Source: an uncultured cyanobacterium (lineage in GTDB: Bacteria > Cyanobacteriota > Cyanobacteriia > CAKZMO01). Taken from it: a stretch of 48,399 nucleotides of DNA. The position numbers and the translations under genes are program-made. Each line of letters opens with the position of its first letter. Positions within the stretch are counted from its first letter, which is position 1. The notes under the pieces were generated by a model. The model did no database searches and had not been told where the DNA came from. It saw only the letters and a list, made by a program, of their open reading frames with translations. This document shows, piece by piece, positions 27,735 through 38,343 of the stretch. Where the stretch lies: positions 1-48,399 of the forward strand of contig CAKZMO010000729.1 in the NCBI GenBank assembly GCA_937128595.1. The letters are read 5' to 3'.

Positions 27735-29492
27735 TTAGCCACTCAACAACGCTTCAACAAATTCGTAGCTAGAGAAAGGCCGCAAGTCCTCGATGCCTTC
27801 TCCAGCGCCAATAAACCGGATGGGCAGTCCTAGCTGCTTCACAACAGCCAAAGCAACTCCTCCTTTTGCAGTTCCATCGAGCTTGGTGAGCACGACGCCA
27901 CTCAAACTTGCAGCTTCGGAAAAGACCTCTGCTTGCCGCAATCCGTTTTGTCCTAAAGTTGCATCTAGAACAAGTAGAGACTCTACTTTGGCATCCGGAG
28001 CCTTCTTATCGACAATGCGCCGAATCTTACTAAGCTCATCCATTAGGTTTTTCTTGTTCTGAAGTCGTCCCGCCGTATCCACCAGCAGCAACTCGGTATG
28101 ACGAGATTTTGCTGCTTCAATGCCGTCATAAACGACCGCAGCCGGGTCAGTATTTTTTCCAGGGTTCGAAATAACATCTACGCTGCTTCGTTGCCCCCAG
28201 ATTTTTACCTGTTCTACGGCGGCGGCTCGAAAGGTATCTGCCGCAGCGATTAGGCAGCTGTACTCGGACTTGCGAGCAAGATGGGCGAGTTTTCCGATTG
28301 TTGTCGTTTTGCCTGCCCCATTGACCCCCGTCATCAACCAGATGTTGAGCGTATCTTTTTCCGGGGCAAATGCTTGCTCGTAGTCTTTCTCGTAAGGCTG
28401 ATCGAGCATTTTACGAAGAATTTCTTTCAGATAACTAATAGCTTCTTCGGGAGGCAAGGCTTCTTGTCGAAGGCGCTGTTGAAGAGCATCGATCACATAG
28501 TCTGTGGCTTCAATGCCGACATCGGCCTGAAGCAACAGTGCTTCGATTTCCATGACCGCATCTTGATTGAGCGGCCCCTGTCCCACGATGCCACGCAGCT
28601 GGTTGATCAGGCTTCGACGGGTTTTGCCCAATCCTTGCCGCAGTCGCTTCAGCCAGGTGATTTCTTCTACTGAAATGTCCTCAGGCCGACGACCTTGAGC
28701 CGCCAAAACACCGGCTGACCAAATGAAGTTGTCATCAAATCCTTCATCTGAAACCAGGTCGGAAGAATCGGGAGGCGACGGAGATTCAGGTTCAACTTCC
28801 TCAATCGCTGTCGCTTTAAGTCGCTCTAGTCGGTCTAGTCGTTCAGTCTCGGCTTTCGCCCAAAACGGAAGCGTACTATCCGATGCAGTCCCTTCGGGGA
28901 TCGCTCCGTCGAGTGCCGAGACTTCGACAGCATCTCCAGAACTATCTTCGTGAGACAGCTCATCGGGCGTTGCCTTATGAGGTGGTTCATCGGGCGTTGC
29001 CTCACTCCGATCTGCTGTAGATGAGACAACGTCGGTAGTCTCTTCAGCAGCAGGCGACAGAGACTCTGAAGAGGGTTCGACCTCAGCAACAGTCTCCGGA
29101 ATATTGTTTTCTATGTCAGTCTCATCAGCTTCTTCACCAACTTCTTCCGGTGACAGCTTTTGTGACTCTTCTGGAGCAACTTGAGCTGAAGATTCAGATT
29201 CAGATGTCCGATTGTCAGAAGCAGGCTCAGAAGATTCAGTCGCAGCTTCAGAGCTAGACGGCTCAGGCTCAGGCTCGGTTTGAGCCGCCTTCTGCTTCTG
29301 AATATTTTGATAGGCAACCTTAGCCCAGCTGAGATAGTCTTCATCGACCGCAGATTTTTCAGAACTATCGTCACCTGAATCGGGGCGATCGCCATCAGCT
29401 TCGGCTTGGGGTTTTTCCGTTTCTTTAGCCTCCGGTGGAGAGGCAGCCGGAGTTGCATCACTTTTACGGGTAAACCAGTTAAACGGAGCCAT
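27735..29492 (-). CDS. ftsY: Signal recognition particle receptor FtsY
   Basis: GVNGAGKTTT, DTFRAAA, DTAGR, TKLDGTAKGG; long acidic N-terminus. Confidence 0.97.
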   Translation of the reverse strand: MAPFNWFTRKSDATPAASPPEAKETEKPQAEADGDRPDSGDDSSEKSAVDEDYLSWAKVAYQNIQKQKAAQTEPEPEPSSSEAATESSEPASDNRTSESESSAQVAPEESQKLSPEEVGEEADETDIENNIPETVAEVEPSSESLSPAAEETTDVVSSTADRSEATPDEPPHKATPDELSHEDSSGDAVEVSALDGAIPEGTASDSTLPFWAKAETERLDRLERLKATAIEEVEPESPSPPDSSDLVSDEGFDDNFIWSAGVLAAQGRRPEDISVEEITWLKRLRQGLGKTRRSLINQLRGIVGQGPLNQDAVMEIEALLLQADVGIEATDYVIDALQQRLRQEALPPEEAISYLKEILRKMLDQPYEKDYEQAFAPEKDTLNIWLMTGVNGAGKTTTIGKLAHLARKSEYSCLIAAADTFRAAAVEQVKIWGQRSSVDVISNPGKNTDPAAVVYDGIEAAKSRHTELLLVDTAGRLQNKKNLMDELSKIRRIVDKKAPDAKVESLLVLDATLGQNGLRQAEVFSEAASLSGVVLTKLDGTAKGGVALAVVKQLGLPIRFIGAGEGIEDLRPFSSYEFVEALLSG

Positions 29493-29769
29493 ACATCTTC
29501 CTCAACATTGCCAGACTCTAAGACGGAAATGCCTACACAACGTAGCCGTAGGCATGGGATTAAGAATCCGAATGTCCATCAGACCTGATCATAAACGAAT
29601 CAGTAACGCCTGTTTCTCTGTTGGGAAAGCTTGATATTACGAATAAGTCGTCGATGCACGCTTTACGCAGCCCAATTCTGTATGAAATGTAGCGCTGCTC
29701 AGTATTTCGGTGATGGAAAGCGCGGGTGGCGTAGCTCAGTGGGATTGAGCGAGATGAAATGAACATAAA

Positions 29770-30120
29770 CTACGCCGCTTTAGGGTAAGGCTGTATCTCC
29801 TGCTGAAAGTCTTCGATGGTCTCATAGATTTGGAAAAGAGCATCTGTGCTACTCACTTCCATCAGCATACGAGCTTGACCACTTAGACCACACAATCCCA
29901 ACTTTGCGCCTGCCTTCTGAGCACGATTGTGAGCGATAATCAGGGCTCCCAAACCGCGACTATCCATAAAAAGAACACGCTGGAAGTCAATCACCAAATG
30001 TTTAGCTCCCAATTCCAGAGTTTCACTCACCCAGGTGGTCAGAGCGACTGATTCGATAGCACTGAGAATGTGGGAAGAGGGTCGATAAAAACTAAGGTTT
30101 TCCATTTTCTGAAGGCTCAC
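29770..30120 (-). CDS. STAS domain protein (anti-sigma factor antagonist)
   Basis: LVIDFQRVLFMDSRGLGALI; start uncertain. Confidence 0.88.
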   Translation of the reverse strand: MSLQKMENLSFYRPSSHILSAIESVALTTWVSETLELGAKHLVIDFQRVLFMDSRGLGALIIAHNRAQKAGAKLGLCGLSGQARMLMEVSSTDALFQIYETIEDFQQEIQPYPKAA

Positions 30121-30635
30121 TCCAAAGACAATTTAAGAAGGTCTTATGGCGATCGCCCTGATTCTTGCAATCCAGACTCAGTTAAACCCATTCGTTTGAA
30201 TACAAAACCGCTACGGCTCGATTCTGAAACGAAGAGTCTGACTTGTGTACATCGGTAGAACCTGCTTATAGCTGTTCTTACCCATGCACTCGATTCGGTC
30301 ACTCTTAAAATTTAGCGACAGAAGGTTATCGACGACACCTTTTTGCCGTGTAATTACAGAGACTTGATAAACAGATAAAAATTTGTTGGTTTTGCAACCA
30401 ACTCACTTCACATCTTCAAAAATTAAGGTACTGATATGGGGAACTGTTGCCCTAGCTCAAGAGTCTAAACTACGAATCGAACACCTGCAAAGCGATTAGA
30501 GGATTGTTGTGCCCCGGTAGTGTAGCTCTGAGTTCACTCTGAATTGTTTTTATCGAAACGCCAACAAGCCTCTTTAGAGACTACATCACAGCAGATAGTG
30601 ATGTTTTCCGTGAAACCACATGTTAGCTATTCCTA

Positions 30636-30681
30636 TCTTTGAGAAAATCCGAATATTTTCTTTGAGAAAATCCGAATATTT
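30636..30681. repeat. Perfect 23-bp tandem duplication TCTTTGAGAAAATCCGAATATTT x2
   Basis: Copies at 30636-30658 and 30659-30681. Confidence 0.95.
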
Positions 30682-30880
30682 ATGCATGCGCTCAAAAGTA
30701 GAGATGGTGAGCATTTTGCATGCACATAACATGCCTTTCGAACCAGAATAACAGGTTCAAGAAGTCTGAGAACTAAAAATTCCTGTACTTGTTGATTCAA
30801 ATTTTGCCGTGGGCTTAATAAGACATACCTCGTTCAGATGTATTTCTATCTGACACCATCTTCACTTTCGGACGGCATCT

Positions 30881-31612
30881 ATGACATATCAATTGAGGGT
30901 AACTGACTTACCTCAAAGCGAGCGCCCTCGTGAACGAATGCTAGCCCAGGGATCAAGACATCTATCCACTGCTGAGCTTTTAGCAATTCTTTTAGGCACG
31001 GGACAAGGTCCAGGAAAACTCTCTGCCGTAGGCTTAGGGCACTATATCTTGCAAAAACTGGGGCAAGATCAGCGAGATGCCCTTGCTATCTTGAGAGATG
31101 TCAATGCTCAAGAACTCATGGATATTCCAGGTGTAGGCGAAGCAAAAGCATGTTCAATATTGGCTGCAATCGAGCTGGGCAAAAGAGTTTTGGCCTCCCG
31201 TCCACCTGAAGCCATTGTGATTGACGATCCGGCGATCGCGGCCTCAATTTTGAGCAACGACCTCATGTGGCAATCGCAGGAGCGATTCGCGGTGCTGCTG
31301 CTTGATATCAAACATCGCGTCCTTGGGGTTCGGGTGATTACGATCGGAACAGCTACAGAAACTCTGGCTCATCCAAGAGAAATATTTCGTGAAGTCATTC
31401 GTCACGGAGCCACCCGAGTCATCGTTGCTCACAACCATCCTTCTGGCAGCGTAGATCCAAGTCCTGAAGATATTCACCTCACTCGCCAATTGCTCATGGG
31501 CGCACAGTACCTAGGCATTCCTATTCTGGATCATCTCATCCTCGGAAATGGGGATCACGCGAGTCTCAGACAAAAAACCGATCTATGGATCGAATACCCG
31601 CAGGGCGATTGA
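30881..31612 (+). CDS. radC: RadC family JAB-domain protein
   Basis: ERPRER, HhH motif [31 protein letters not shown]. Confidence 0.95.
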   Translation: MTYQLRVTDLPQSERPRERMLAQGSRHLSTAELLAILLGTGQGPGKLSAVGLGHYILQKLGQDQRDALAILRDVNAQELMDIPGVGEAKACSILAAIELGKRVLASRPPEAIVIDDPAIAASILSNDLMWQSQERFAVLLLDIKHRVLGVRVITIGTATETLAHPREIFREVIRHGATRVIVAHNHPSGSVDPSPEDIHLTRQLLMGAQYLGIPILDHLILGNGDHASLRQKTDLWIEYPQGD

Positions 31613-31842
31613 CCCATCAATTGGCAACGTAGTGAAGCCTGCGCTTTCTATAGTTGAAACTTATAGGAAAAAGCTTTCTTCATCATCTATTACGATGAAA
31701 GTGTAGCCGAGTCTAGGGTTGCAGAGCAATCCTACCTTGCTCTATACTATAGCCTCCAGTCAAAAGCTTAAGTTCTTGACTGGCTAAACTGTGTTGATGG
31801 GTCATCAAACGCTGATGAGTTATCAAGGATAAGGAGGACATT

Positions 31843-32208
31843 ATTCCTGAACCACTTACCCTAACCGTAAGTTTGAGAGGCACTCGCGAAGTTAGGGAGA
31901 CTTGCCAACTATTTCGACTTGCTGGACTTTTAGATGCTTTTTCAGAGCCAACGTTCCGAAAGGTAATGGAAAAGTTTGTCGAAGAAAGCCCCAAGAATTT
32001 GATTCTTGACCTCTCCCAGATTGATTTCATTGATAGTTCAGGTTTGGGTGCCCTCGTCCAGCTGGCTAAAAAAGCACAGACTGCCGATGGAACTCTCCAA
32101 GTCGTCACGAATCCTCGTGTTACTCAGACGGTGAAACTTGTTCGTCTAGAAAAATTTTTGGCATTGCAACCTTCTGTGGACGATGCTCTCAAAAATGTTG
32201 AGAACTAA
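31843..32208 (+). CDS. STAS domain protein (anti-sigma factor antagonist), probable ATT start
   Basis: LILDLSQIDFIDSSGLGALV; AAGGAGG at 31831-31837 is 5 nt before in-frame ATT 31843; ORF track start is TTG 31873. Confidence 0.88.
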   Translation: MPEPLTLTVSLRGTREVRETCQLFRLAGLLDAFSEPTFRKVMEKFVEESPKNLILDLSQIDFIDSSGLGALVQLAKKAQTADGTLQVVTNPRVTQTVKLVRLEKFLALQPSVDDALKNVEN

Positions 32209-32275
32209 CTGACTCGCCAACTTGCCCTTGCTATCTCAGTGCATAGGCAAGCTCTTTGGAAAAGTCCGAAGGTTC

Positions 32276-32307
32276 TAGTGGCTTAAGCAGTTTTAGTGGC
32301 TTAAGCA
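32276..32307. repeat. 14-bp direct repeat TAGTGGCTTAAGCA x2 (18-bp period)
   Basis: Copies at 32276-32289 and 32294-32307. Confidence 0.8.
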
Positions 32308-32555
32308 AAGTAGCAGCTTATTTGCACAACAGAGTAAACAACTATTGTGTAGCGTTCAAAAGAAAACGCTACTCTTAGTTCATTGAGTTAGCGGTCTCAA
32401 GATGGATTTAGCTGTTACCACGGTCCTTGCAAAGCATCTTTTGTATAGGAGAGTGGCTAGATAGCCTGCTGTCAGCATCTTTTTGAGAAGAACCCTTCCA
32501 AGTAGGCTTTCTGTTTGTGGTTAATGTACGGTTTTTGTAGCTGAGGCAAATTAGG

Positions 32556-32984
32556 GTGGTGACTCCTGCCGAAATTCGGAGACTTTCCCCATCGGCATTT
32601 GCATATATTGGAGATGCAGTTTATGAACTCTACGTTCGGCTGCATTTTTTAATGCCACCCAAGCGACTCAAAAGTTACCATGGGCTGGTTGTTGAATGGG
32701 TCAGAGCTGAGCATCAGTCACAGCAGTTGCGATCGCTCGAACCGCTTTTGACATTAGATGAGCTTGATTTAGTACGCAGAGGACGAAATGCGACTACTAA
32801 GTCTCCTCGACGAGTTGATCTTGAAACCTATCAGCGTGCAACTGGCTTTGAAGCCTTGATCGGGTATCTCTACCTAACGGATCCGGAAAGACTTTCAGAA
32901 CTCATTAAGCATTTGTCTATCATCCCTTCAGACGCAGATTCTAATCCTCCTCATCTATCAGGAATAACGCATCATGACTCCTAA
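32556..32984 (+). CDS. mrnC: Mini-ribonuclease III
   Basis: [33 protein letters not shown]; adjacent to rlmB. Confidence 0.93.
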   Translation: MVTPAEIRRLSPSAFAYIGDAVYELYVRLHFLMPPKRLKSYHGLVVEWVRAEHQSQQLRSLEPLLTLDELDLVRRGRNATTKSPRRVDLETYQRATGFEALIGYLYLTDPERLSELIKHLSIIPSDADSNPPHLSGITHHDS

Positions 32985-34137
32985 ACGCCCCTACTCTAGA
33001 GATAGTAAGCCGTCTCCTAAACTACGTCCACGGCAATCTGATTCACGTCCTCAAGGAAAAAAGTCATTCAAATCCAGACCTGATAAACCTCGGTTCAAAG
33101 ATTCTCAGTCAGAGACATCTGATTCGTCAGACTCAAAACCGTATCGCTCAGGCTATTCAAAATCAGCGCATTCAAAGCCCAGTCCGCCGAAACCAGGGCG
33201 ATCGCGCAATGAGCAAGGGGGCGATCGCCGCTCTCGTTCATCAGAGTCACAACCGTGGAAACGTCATTCAAGTTCGGGCTCAGACCGAAGACGAGAAGAG
33301 TGGAATGGCGATCGCTCTCGACGCGATTCATATTCAGATCACGATCCCCAAACAGAGGAAGAAGATTCAGATCTCATCTATGGGCGACATTCTGTGTTGG
33401 CTGCCTTAGAAGGAAAACGTCCACTTAATCGAATCTGGATTACAGCCCGTCTCCGCTACGATCCCCGTTTTTTCACCTTGATTTCACAGGCAAAAGAAGA
33501 GGGGACGGTTATCGATGAAGTCGGTTTCGAACGGCTCAATCAAGTCACCAAAGGCAAATTGCATCAGGGCATTGCTGCTCAATCGACTCCCTATGCTTAT
33601 TTGGATCTATCAGAGTTAGTTGATCGGGCAAAACAATCGACCCAGCATCCTGTTTTAATTGCTGCAGATGGAATCACCGATCCCCACAACTTGGGTGCAA
33701 TTATCCGCACGGCTGAAGCAATCGGCGCGCAAGGAGTCATTATTCCTCAACGTCGTGCCGCTGGTGTTACGTCTACAGTCGCAAAAGTAGCTGCCGGAGC
33801 CCTTGAGAGTTTACCCATTGCGAGAGTGGTTAATCTTGCCCAATCCCTGGAAGAATTGAAAACGATGGGGTTTTGGATTTATGGAACAACGTCAGAATCG
33901 GGTGACCCTACTCATGCAGTCAAATTTGATCAGTCAACCGTGATTGTCGTGGGAGCAGAGGGCGATGGCCTTGGCATGCGCACCCAGAGCTGCTGTGATG
34001 TTCTTGTTTCTGTGCCCTTGGTTGGACGAACTCAAAGTTTAAATGCTTCCGTGGCAACGGGCATGGTGCTCTACGAAATCTTTCGCCAACGATGGGCAAA
34101 CACATTTCGCATCAGCTCTTTACAATCGGAAGAGTAA
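32974..34137 (+). CDS. rlmB: 23S rRNA Gm2251 methyltransferase RlmB with long Arg/Ser-rich N-terminus
   Basis: [43 protein letters not shown] motifs. Confidence 0.95.
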   Translation: MTPKRPYSRDSKPSPKLRPRQSDSRPQGKKSFKSRPDKPRFKDSQSETSDSSDSKPYRSGYSKSAHSKPSPPKPGRSRNEQGGDRRSRSSESQPWKRHSSSGSDRRREEWNGDRSRRDSYSDHDPQTEEEDSDLIYGRHSVLAALEGKRPLNRIWITARLRYDPRFFTLISQAKEEGTVIDEVGFERLNQVTKGKLHQGIAAQSTPYAYLDLSELVDRAKQSTQHPVLIAADGITDPHNLGAIIRTAEAIGAQGVIIPQRRAAGVTSTVAKVAAGALESLPIARVVNLAQSLEELKTMGFWIYGTTSESGDPTHAVKFDQSTVIVVGAEGDGLGMRTQSCCDVLVSVPLVGRTQSLNASVATGMVLYEIFRQRWANTFRISSLQSEE

Positions 34138-34240
34138 CAGAGTATAAACAAACATAAATCTTCGTGAATATAGACACAATCTATCCTCATGATCACGGAA
34201 TACAGCTTTAGCAAACGCCGATAGCGGGGAGCGAATTGTT

Positions 34241-34510
34241 ATGTGGACAAGCTTGTTGCAGACTTTAGGTCTAGCTTGGTGGGTTGAAATTAAGACGGAA
34301 CAACCTCAATGCACGTATTACTTTGGCCCATTTGCGACTAGCAACGAAGCCGAGAGCGCTCGTCCAGGCTATGTCGAAGACTTGGAAAAAGAAAACGCCC
34401 AAAATATTCGGGTGGCAATTCGAAGAGGCAAGCCTGATCAGCTGACTATTTTTGAAGAGTCGAAAGGTTCTGAAGAGGGAAGCGATCGCACACCCGCTTT
34501 CACGCTGTAG
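34241..34510 (+). CDS. DUF1816 family protein
   Basis: AWWVEIKT..P.CTYYFGPF...GYVEDL..E, P.QLTI. Confidence 0.88.
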   Translation: MWTSLLQTLGLAWWVEIKTEQPQCTYYFGPFATSNEAESARPGYVEDLEKENAQNIRVAIRRGKPDQLTIFEESKGSEEGSDRTPAFTL

Positions 34511-34795
34511 GCTTTGCTTACACTACCAATCTGATGTGAAATAGGGGCAAGCCTCCTAACCGATTTGTTGCCGTCACCCAATCAGCGCCGCTTGATGGTC
34601 AGAGCGTAAATGTCTTTCGATCTATTTTGAGGTGCAAAAATCCTTTGGCATCTCAGATTCTAATATTTTGAACTAAGTGCGGGACAGATTGCTTCTGGCT
34701 CGCGCTCTTTGTTTTGAGCTGATTCGAGAATATAATGCGTTTGAAAATAGGACTTTCGAGCATCGAATATTGGTTCAGAGCCGATGTCTTCTTGA

Positions 34796-34953
34796 TGCCT
34801 GACACATCTCTTAAAATGACAAAAACTCGTAAGTTGTTGTTGACGTAAGGAAACCCAACACTGCCGTTAGAATCTGGCGGTGTTGGGTTTCGCAAGCTCA
34901 ACCGCAACCTACATCATCCAAGACTCTGACCATAAAACAAGATATGTCAGGCA
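34796..34953. mobile_element. Inverted-repeat-bounded miniature element containing a REP doublet
   Basis: Outer IR TGCCTGACACATCT / AGATATGTCAGGCA (13/14); inner REP pair at 34829-34912. No clear target duplication. Confidence 0.55.
34829..34912. repeat. Inverted GTAG-type REP pair (REPIN-like)
   Basis: GTAAGTTGTTGTTGACGTAAGGAAACCCAACA and reverse-complement GTAGGTTGCGGTTGAGCTTGCGAAACCCAACA form a long hairpin. Confidence 0.8.
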
Positions 34954-35202
34954 GCCAGGGTGTTCTCTTGATAGGTTCTAGAGTTGCTTGATTGAGTTAA
35001 TCGAGGATCGCAGAGTGCAGACCTTAAAGAAAACCAAGTAAATGTCCAGAGTCGAGCCAGCATTCGCTAAAGTTGAAACTGAAGTAGGGCAGCTCGGCAT
35101 TGTCGTTGCTAGAGTGGCGGATGTTCCTATGGAACGCTGCTCTTGATACGAGCGTCGTTTAATACAGCTAATACAACTTTACTTTGGGTTGTTTACGTAT
35201 TC

Positions 35203-35880
35203 ATGGCAGCTTCAACCTACGCTAATTCCTCAGTTGAGGCCTCTTCATCTTTCGATGAAACATCTGTCTTTGGCTCCTCTACATTCGAGTTCGTTCCTCG
35301 AAGCCATCAAGATGCCGATCTACTGAGACAAATCGGATTTTTGCCAGGTCTCAGAGAATTCCTGGCGATGCGGCAAGTTCATGCTCTAGAACATGCAACG
35401 GTATGGGTATTGAGCGAGCTTGACGCGGGGTTCAGTGTTAACTCTGCGCGATCGCACATTGATAATGACACGCTAAGCGGCATGTCTACGGAAAATGGGT
35501 TTTATCTCTACGGCGACATGAACACGTTGCGATTGCGCCAAGCTGTCCATATCGCGCTTGAGCGACTTACCCATGGCGAATGGTATTTAGCCATTCATCC
35601 CCGCTGCGGCACCAATGTCTCGGTCAATATGGCACTGACTGCAAGCATGGCTCTGGGAATGCATCTACTCATGCCACGGGGCTTTCTAGAGCAAATGTTA
35701 GGGTTAGGAATTGCTGCTGGCGTTGCAGCACATATGACTCCCGATATTGGAAACCTCGTGCAGCAACATATCACCACAGCCATTCCATTCAATTTGAAAA
35801 TTGAGCAAGTACAAGCTTTAGAGAAGGGGATCAGACCTTCGAAGCACTTCATTCACTTGCAATGGGTTGATCCCAATTGA
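35203..35880 (+). CDS. Conserved hypothetical protein (DUF6391-like)
   Basis: RQVHALEHAT and LAIHPRCGTN motifs, two hydrophobic helices. Confidence 0.8.
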   Translation: MAASTYANSSVEASSSFDETSVFGSSTFEFVPRSHQDADLLRQIGFLPGLREFLAMRQVHALEHATVWVLSELDAGFSVNSARSHIDNDTLSGMSTENGFYLYGDMNTLRLRQAVHIALERLTHGEWYLAIHPRCGTNVSVNMALTASMALGMHLLMPRGFLEQMLGLGIAAGVAAHMTPDIGNLVQQHITTAIPFNLKIEQVQALEKGIRPSKHFIHLQWVDPN

Positions 35881-36252
35881 CAGCAACGAATCGCAAGAAC
35901 CAGCGATTAAAAATACATAACAAATTCTTATGCTAATCCTGATGCGAAGAAGAGGGCATCCATTCTGGGTTGATCCAGAGCCTGGCTGTCGTGCGATCGC
36001 CCAAAACTCCGTATACCTCCTTCAAGGTTCGCAACAAAACTTAAGTATGAAACAAGCCTTAGGTATCCATTCAAGTAGTAGTCTGGAAGGCAATCAGTGA
36101 CTCTTATTCCGCACTTTGGCTCAGGCAAGATTTTGTTTCTGGATTTTATGCATGAGCATTCCTTGAGAATGAACTCAATGCCAATCAATCCTTTCATCCC
36201 TGGTTTCTGTGCGGTCATTGTTTAGCAAGATACATACAAAAGGGAAAAACGT

Positions 36253-36486
36253 ATGGTTCAGCGTGGTTCTAAAGTTCGCATTTTGCGCAAAGAATCCTAC
36301 TGGTACAACGACTTCGGCACCGTTGCTACAGTTGACCAGAGTGGTATCAAATATCCCGTTATTGTTCGTTTTGACAAAGTTAACTACACCGGATTCAGCG
36401 GTGCTACGGGCGGTGTAAACACTAACAACTTTTCTCTCGATGAGGTTGAAGAAGTTGAAGCTCCTAAGAAGAGCAAGAAAAAGTAG
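36253..36486 (+). CDS. psaE: Photosystem I reaction centre subunit IV
   Basis: [18 protein letters not shown]...[12 protein letters not shown]...NTNNF. Confidence 0.98.
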   Translation: MVQRGSKVRILRKESYWYNDFGTVATVDQSGIKYPVIVRFDKVNYTGFSGATGGVNTNNFSLDEVEEVEAPKKSKKK

Positions 36487-36538
36487 TCAGTTATGGTTGA
36501 ATCCGTTCACGCCAAATTTACAGTTGAATGGGTGACCC

Positions 36539-37468
36539 GTGCCTGAGTTACCAGAAGTAGAAACAGTACGTCGAGGGCTCAATCGAGTGACTTTGGCGCA
36601 ACCCATACAGGGTGGGAGCGTGTTGCTTGAACGCACGGTTGCCCACCCTGTTTTTGTGCGCGAATTTTTGACCGGATTAGAACAGTGCACAATCAGCCGT
36701 TGGTATCGTCGCGGAAAATATCTGTTAGGTCATTTGGTCAAGCATCACCAGGACGAAAAGGCTACTTGCAGCGAGCCGCTAGATCTGCTTGCCACTGCTG
36801 AGGATATCGAATATGCCGCAAGTCACGCTGATCATGCAGGTTGGCTTGGAGTTCATCTCCGAATGACGGGTCAACTCTTATGGCTGCATCAGTCTGATCC
36901 GGTACAGAAGCATTGTCGGGTTAGACTCTTTTTTCCGAGTCAGAGAGAGTTGCGGTTTGTTGATCAACGTACGTTTGGGCAGATGTGGTGGGTTCCTCCC
37001 GATCGCTCTCCCACCGAAGTGATGGGAAAGGGCTATGCGGCATTAGGCCCAGAACCGCTATCGTCTGCATTCACGGTGGATGGTCTGCGGCAGGCGTTAA
37101 AGCGTCGTCATCGTCCGATTAAAAATGCATTGTTGGATCAGTCCATCGTTGCGGGGATCGGCAATATCTATGCGGATGAGTCGCTTTTCCTTAGCAGCAT
37201 TCGGCCTACAAAATTGTGCGATCGCCTGACTCGAAAACAAATCGAAGCTCTCCACGCCAAGATTGTCGAGGTGCTAAAGAGCAGTATTGGTGAAGGTGGA
37301 ACAACGTTCAGCGACTTTCGAGATATCGAGGGCATCAACGGCAATTATGGCAGCATGGCGTGGGTCTATGGCCGTGATGGGACACCTTGTCGCGTCTGCG
37401 GCGAACCTATTCAGCGGGTCAAGATGGCAGGGCGATCTACCCATTTTTGCAAAACCTGTCAGAAATGA
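36539..37468 (+). CDS. mutM: Formamidopyrimidine-DNA glycosylase
   Basis: MPELPEVE, RRGKY, HLRMTG, GIGNIYADE, C-terminal C4 zinc finger. Confidence 0.97.
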   Translation: MPELPEVETVRRGLNRVTLAQPIQGGSVLLERTVAHPVFVREFLTGLEQCTISRWYRRGKYLLGHLVKHHQDEKATCSEPLDLLATAEDIEYAASHADHAGWLGVHLRMTGQLLWLHQSDPVQKHCRVRLFFPSQRELRFVDQRTFGQMWWVPPDRSPTEVMGKGYAALGPEPLSSAFTVDGLRQALKRRHRPIKNALLDQSIVAGIGNIYADESLFLSSIRPTKLCDRLTRKQIEALHAKIVEVLKSSIGEGGTTFSDFRDIEGINGNYGSMAWVYGRDGTPCRVCGEPIQRVKMAGRSTHFCKTCQK

Positions 37469-38343
37469 TGTCTTCAGTTCATGAGGTCGATTCTCCCAGT
37501 TCTCCAAGCACATGGCTTTCCTTAGTGATCGGAAATTCTCGACTCCACTGGGGCATCGTGACAGCAGCAGGGGCGATCGCCACCTGGGATAGCGAGTATT
37601 GGGATCAAAAAGCGCTTCAGAAAGTTACAGATATCTCTTCAATTCTGCAAGTTCTGAGTTCTGCGTCAAAGTATCCTTCTGCGCGATCGCCCGCAATCGA
37701 TTTGCAATCGATTCTCGTATCCAAATCTCTCCATCCTGAGTTATGGCTAGCATCTGTTGTGCCGACCCAGACTCATGTTTGGCAGCAGGTTGTTCCCAGT
37801 CATGTGATTACTCTTGATCAGGTTCCTCTGCACAACCTGTATGGCACTTTAGGAATCGATCGGGCTTTAGCTCTTTTGGGAGCGGGGAAAAAATTTGGGT
37901 TTCCGGCACTCGTGATCGACGGAGGAACAGCTCTGACCTTTTCTGGCGTCACTGGCGATCGCCAGTTTGTGGGCGGGGCGATCGCTCCTGGATTGCGGCT
38001 ACAGAGGCGATTGCTCTCTCAACATACAGCCGCACTGCCTCCACTTGAGACTTTAGAAATCCAGAATCTTGACCGCTGGGCTACTCAGACTGCCAGTGCT
38101 ATTCAGAGCGGCATCGTGTACACGATGCTCGCGGGTGTCGCAGATTTCGTAAAAAGTTGGTGGCAGATGTACCCCAACAGTGCGCTCGTGTTCACGGGAG
38201 GAGATGGAGAGTTTCTTTTCCAACAGATGCAACAGCGTCTAGGACAAGACCAAAGGATGCCAAACGCGTCTAACCCTTCTACTGATGATCTGCATTTCTG
38301 CTCCTCTCTCGTGTTTGAAGGAATCTGCACCCTGCTTTCGTAA
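37465..38343 (+). CDS. coaX: Type III pantothenate kinase
   Basis: IGNSRLHW, LGIDR, VIDGGTALT, GGAIAPG, TGGDG; ATG overlaps the mutM stop (ATGA). Confidence 0.93.
   Translation: MMSSVHEVDSPSSPSTWLSLVIGNSRLHWGIVTAAGAIATWDSEYWDQKALQKVTDISSILQVLSSASKYPSARSPAIDLQSILVSKSLHPELWLASVVPTQTHVWQQVVPSHVITLDQVPLHNLYGTLGIDRALALLGAGKKFGFPALVIDGGTALTFSGVTGDRQFVGGAIAPGLRLQRRLLSQHTAALPPLETLEIQNLDRWATQTASAIQSGIVYTMLAGVADFVKSWWQMYPNSALVFTGGDGEFLFQQMQQRLGQDQRMPNASNPSTDDLHFCSSLVFEGICTLLS

Noticed and set aside
29722-29780. tRNA-like GGCGTAGCTCAGTGGGATTGAGCG
   Set aside because: Resembles a D-arm only; no anticodon arm, TTCG T-loop or acceptor stem. It pairs better as a hairpin with CTACGCC at the STAS gene end.
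30881-31612. radC as a marker of a mobile element or defence island
   Set aside because: It is the full-length HhH+JAB chromosomal form among housekeeping genes; no integrase or defence genes nearby.
27735-34137. Long disordered N-termini of FtsY (acidic) and RlmB (basic)
   Set aside because: Such extensions are commonplace in these cyanobacterial proteins.
34653-34907. 84-aa ORF starting in the REP doublet, as a RAYT remnant
   Set aside because: No HUH motif or catalytic Tyr context; the N-terminus is just translated REP sequence.
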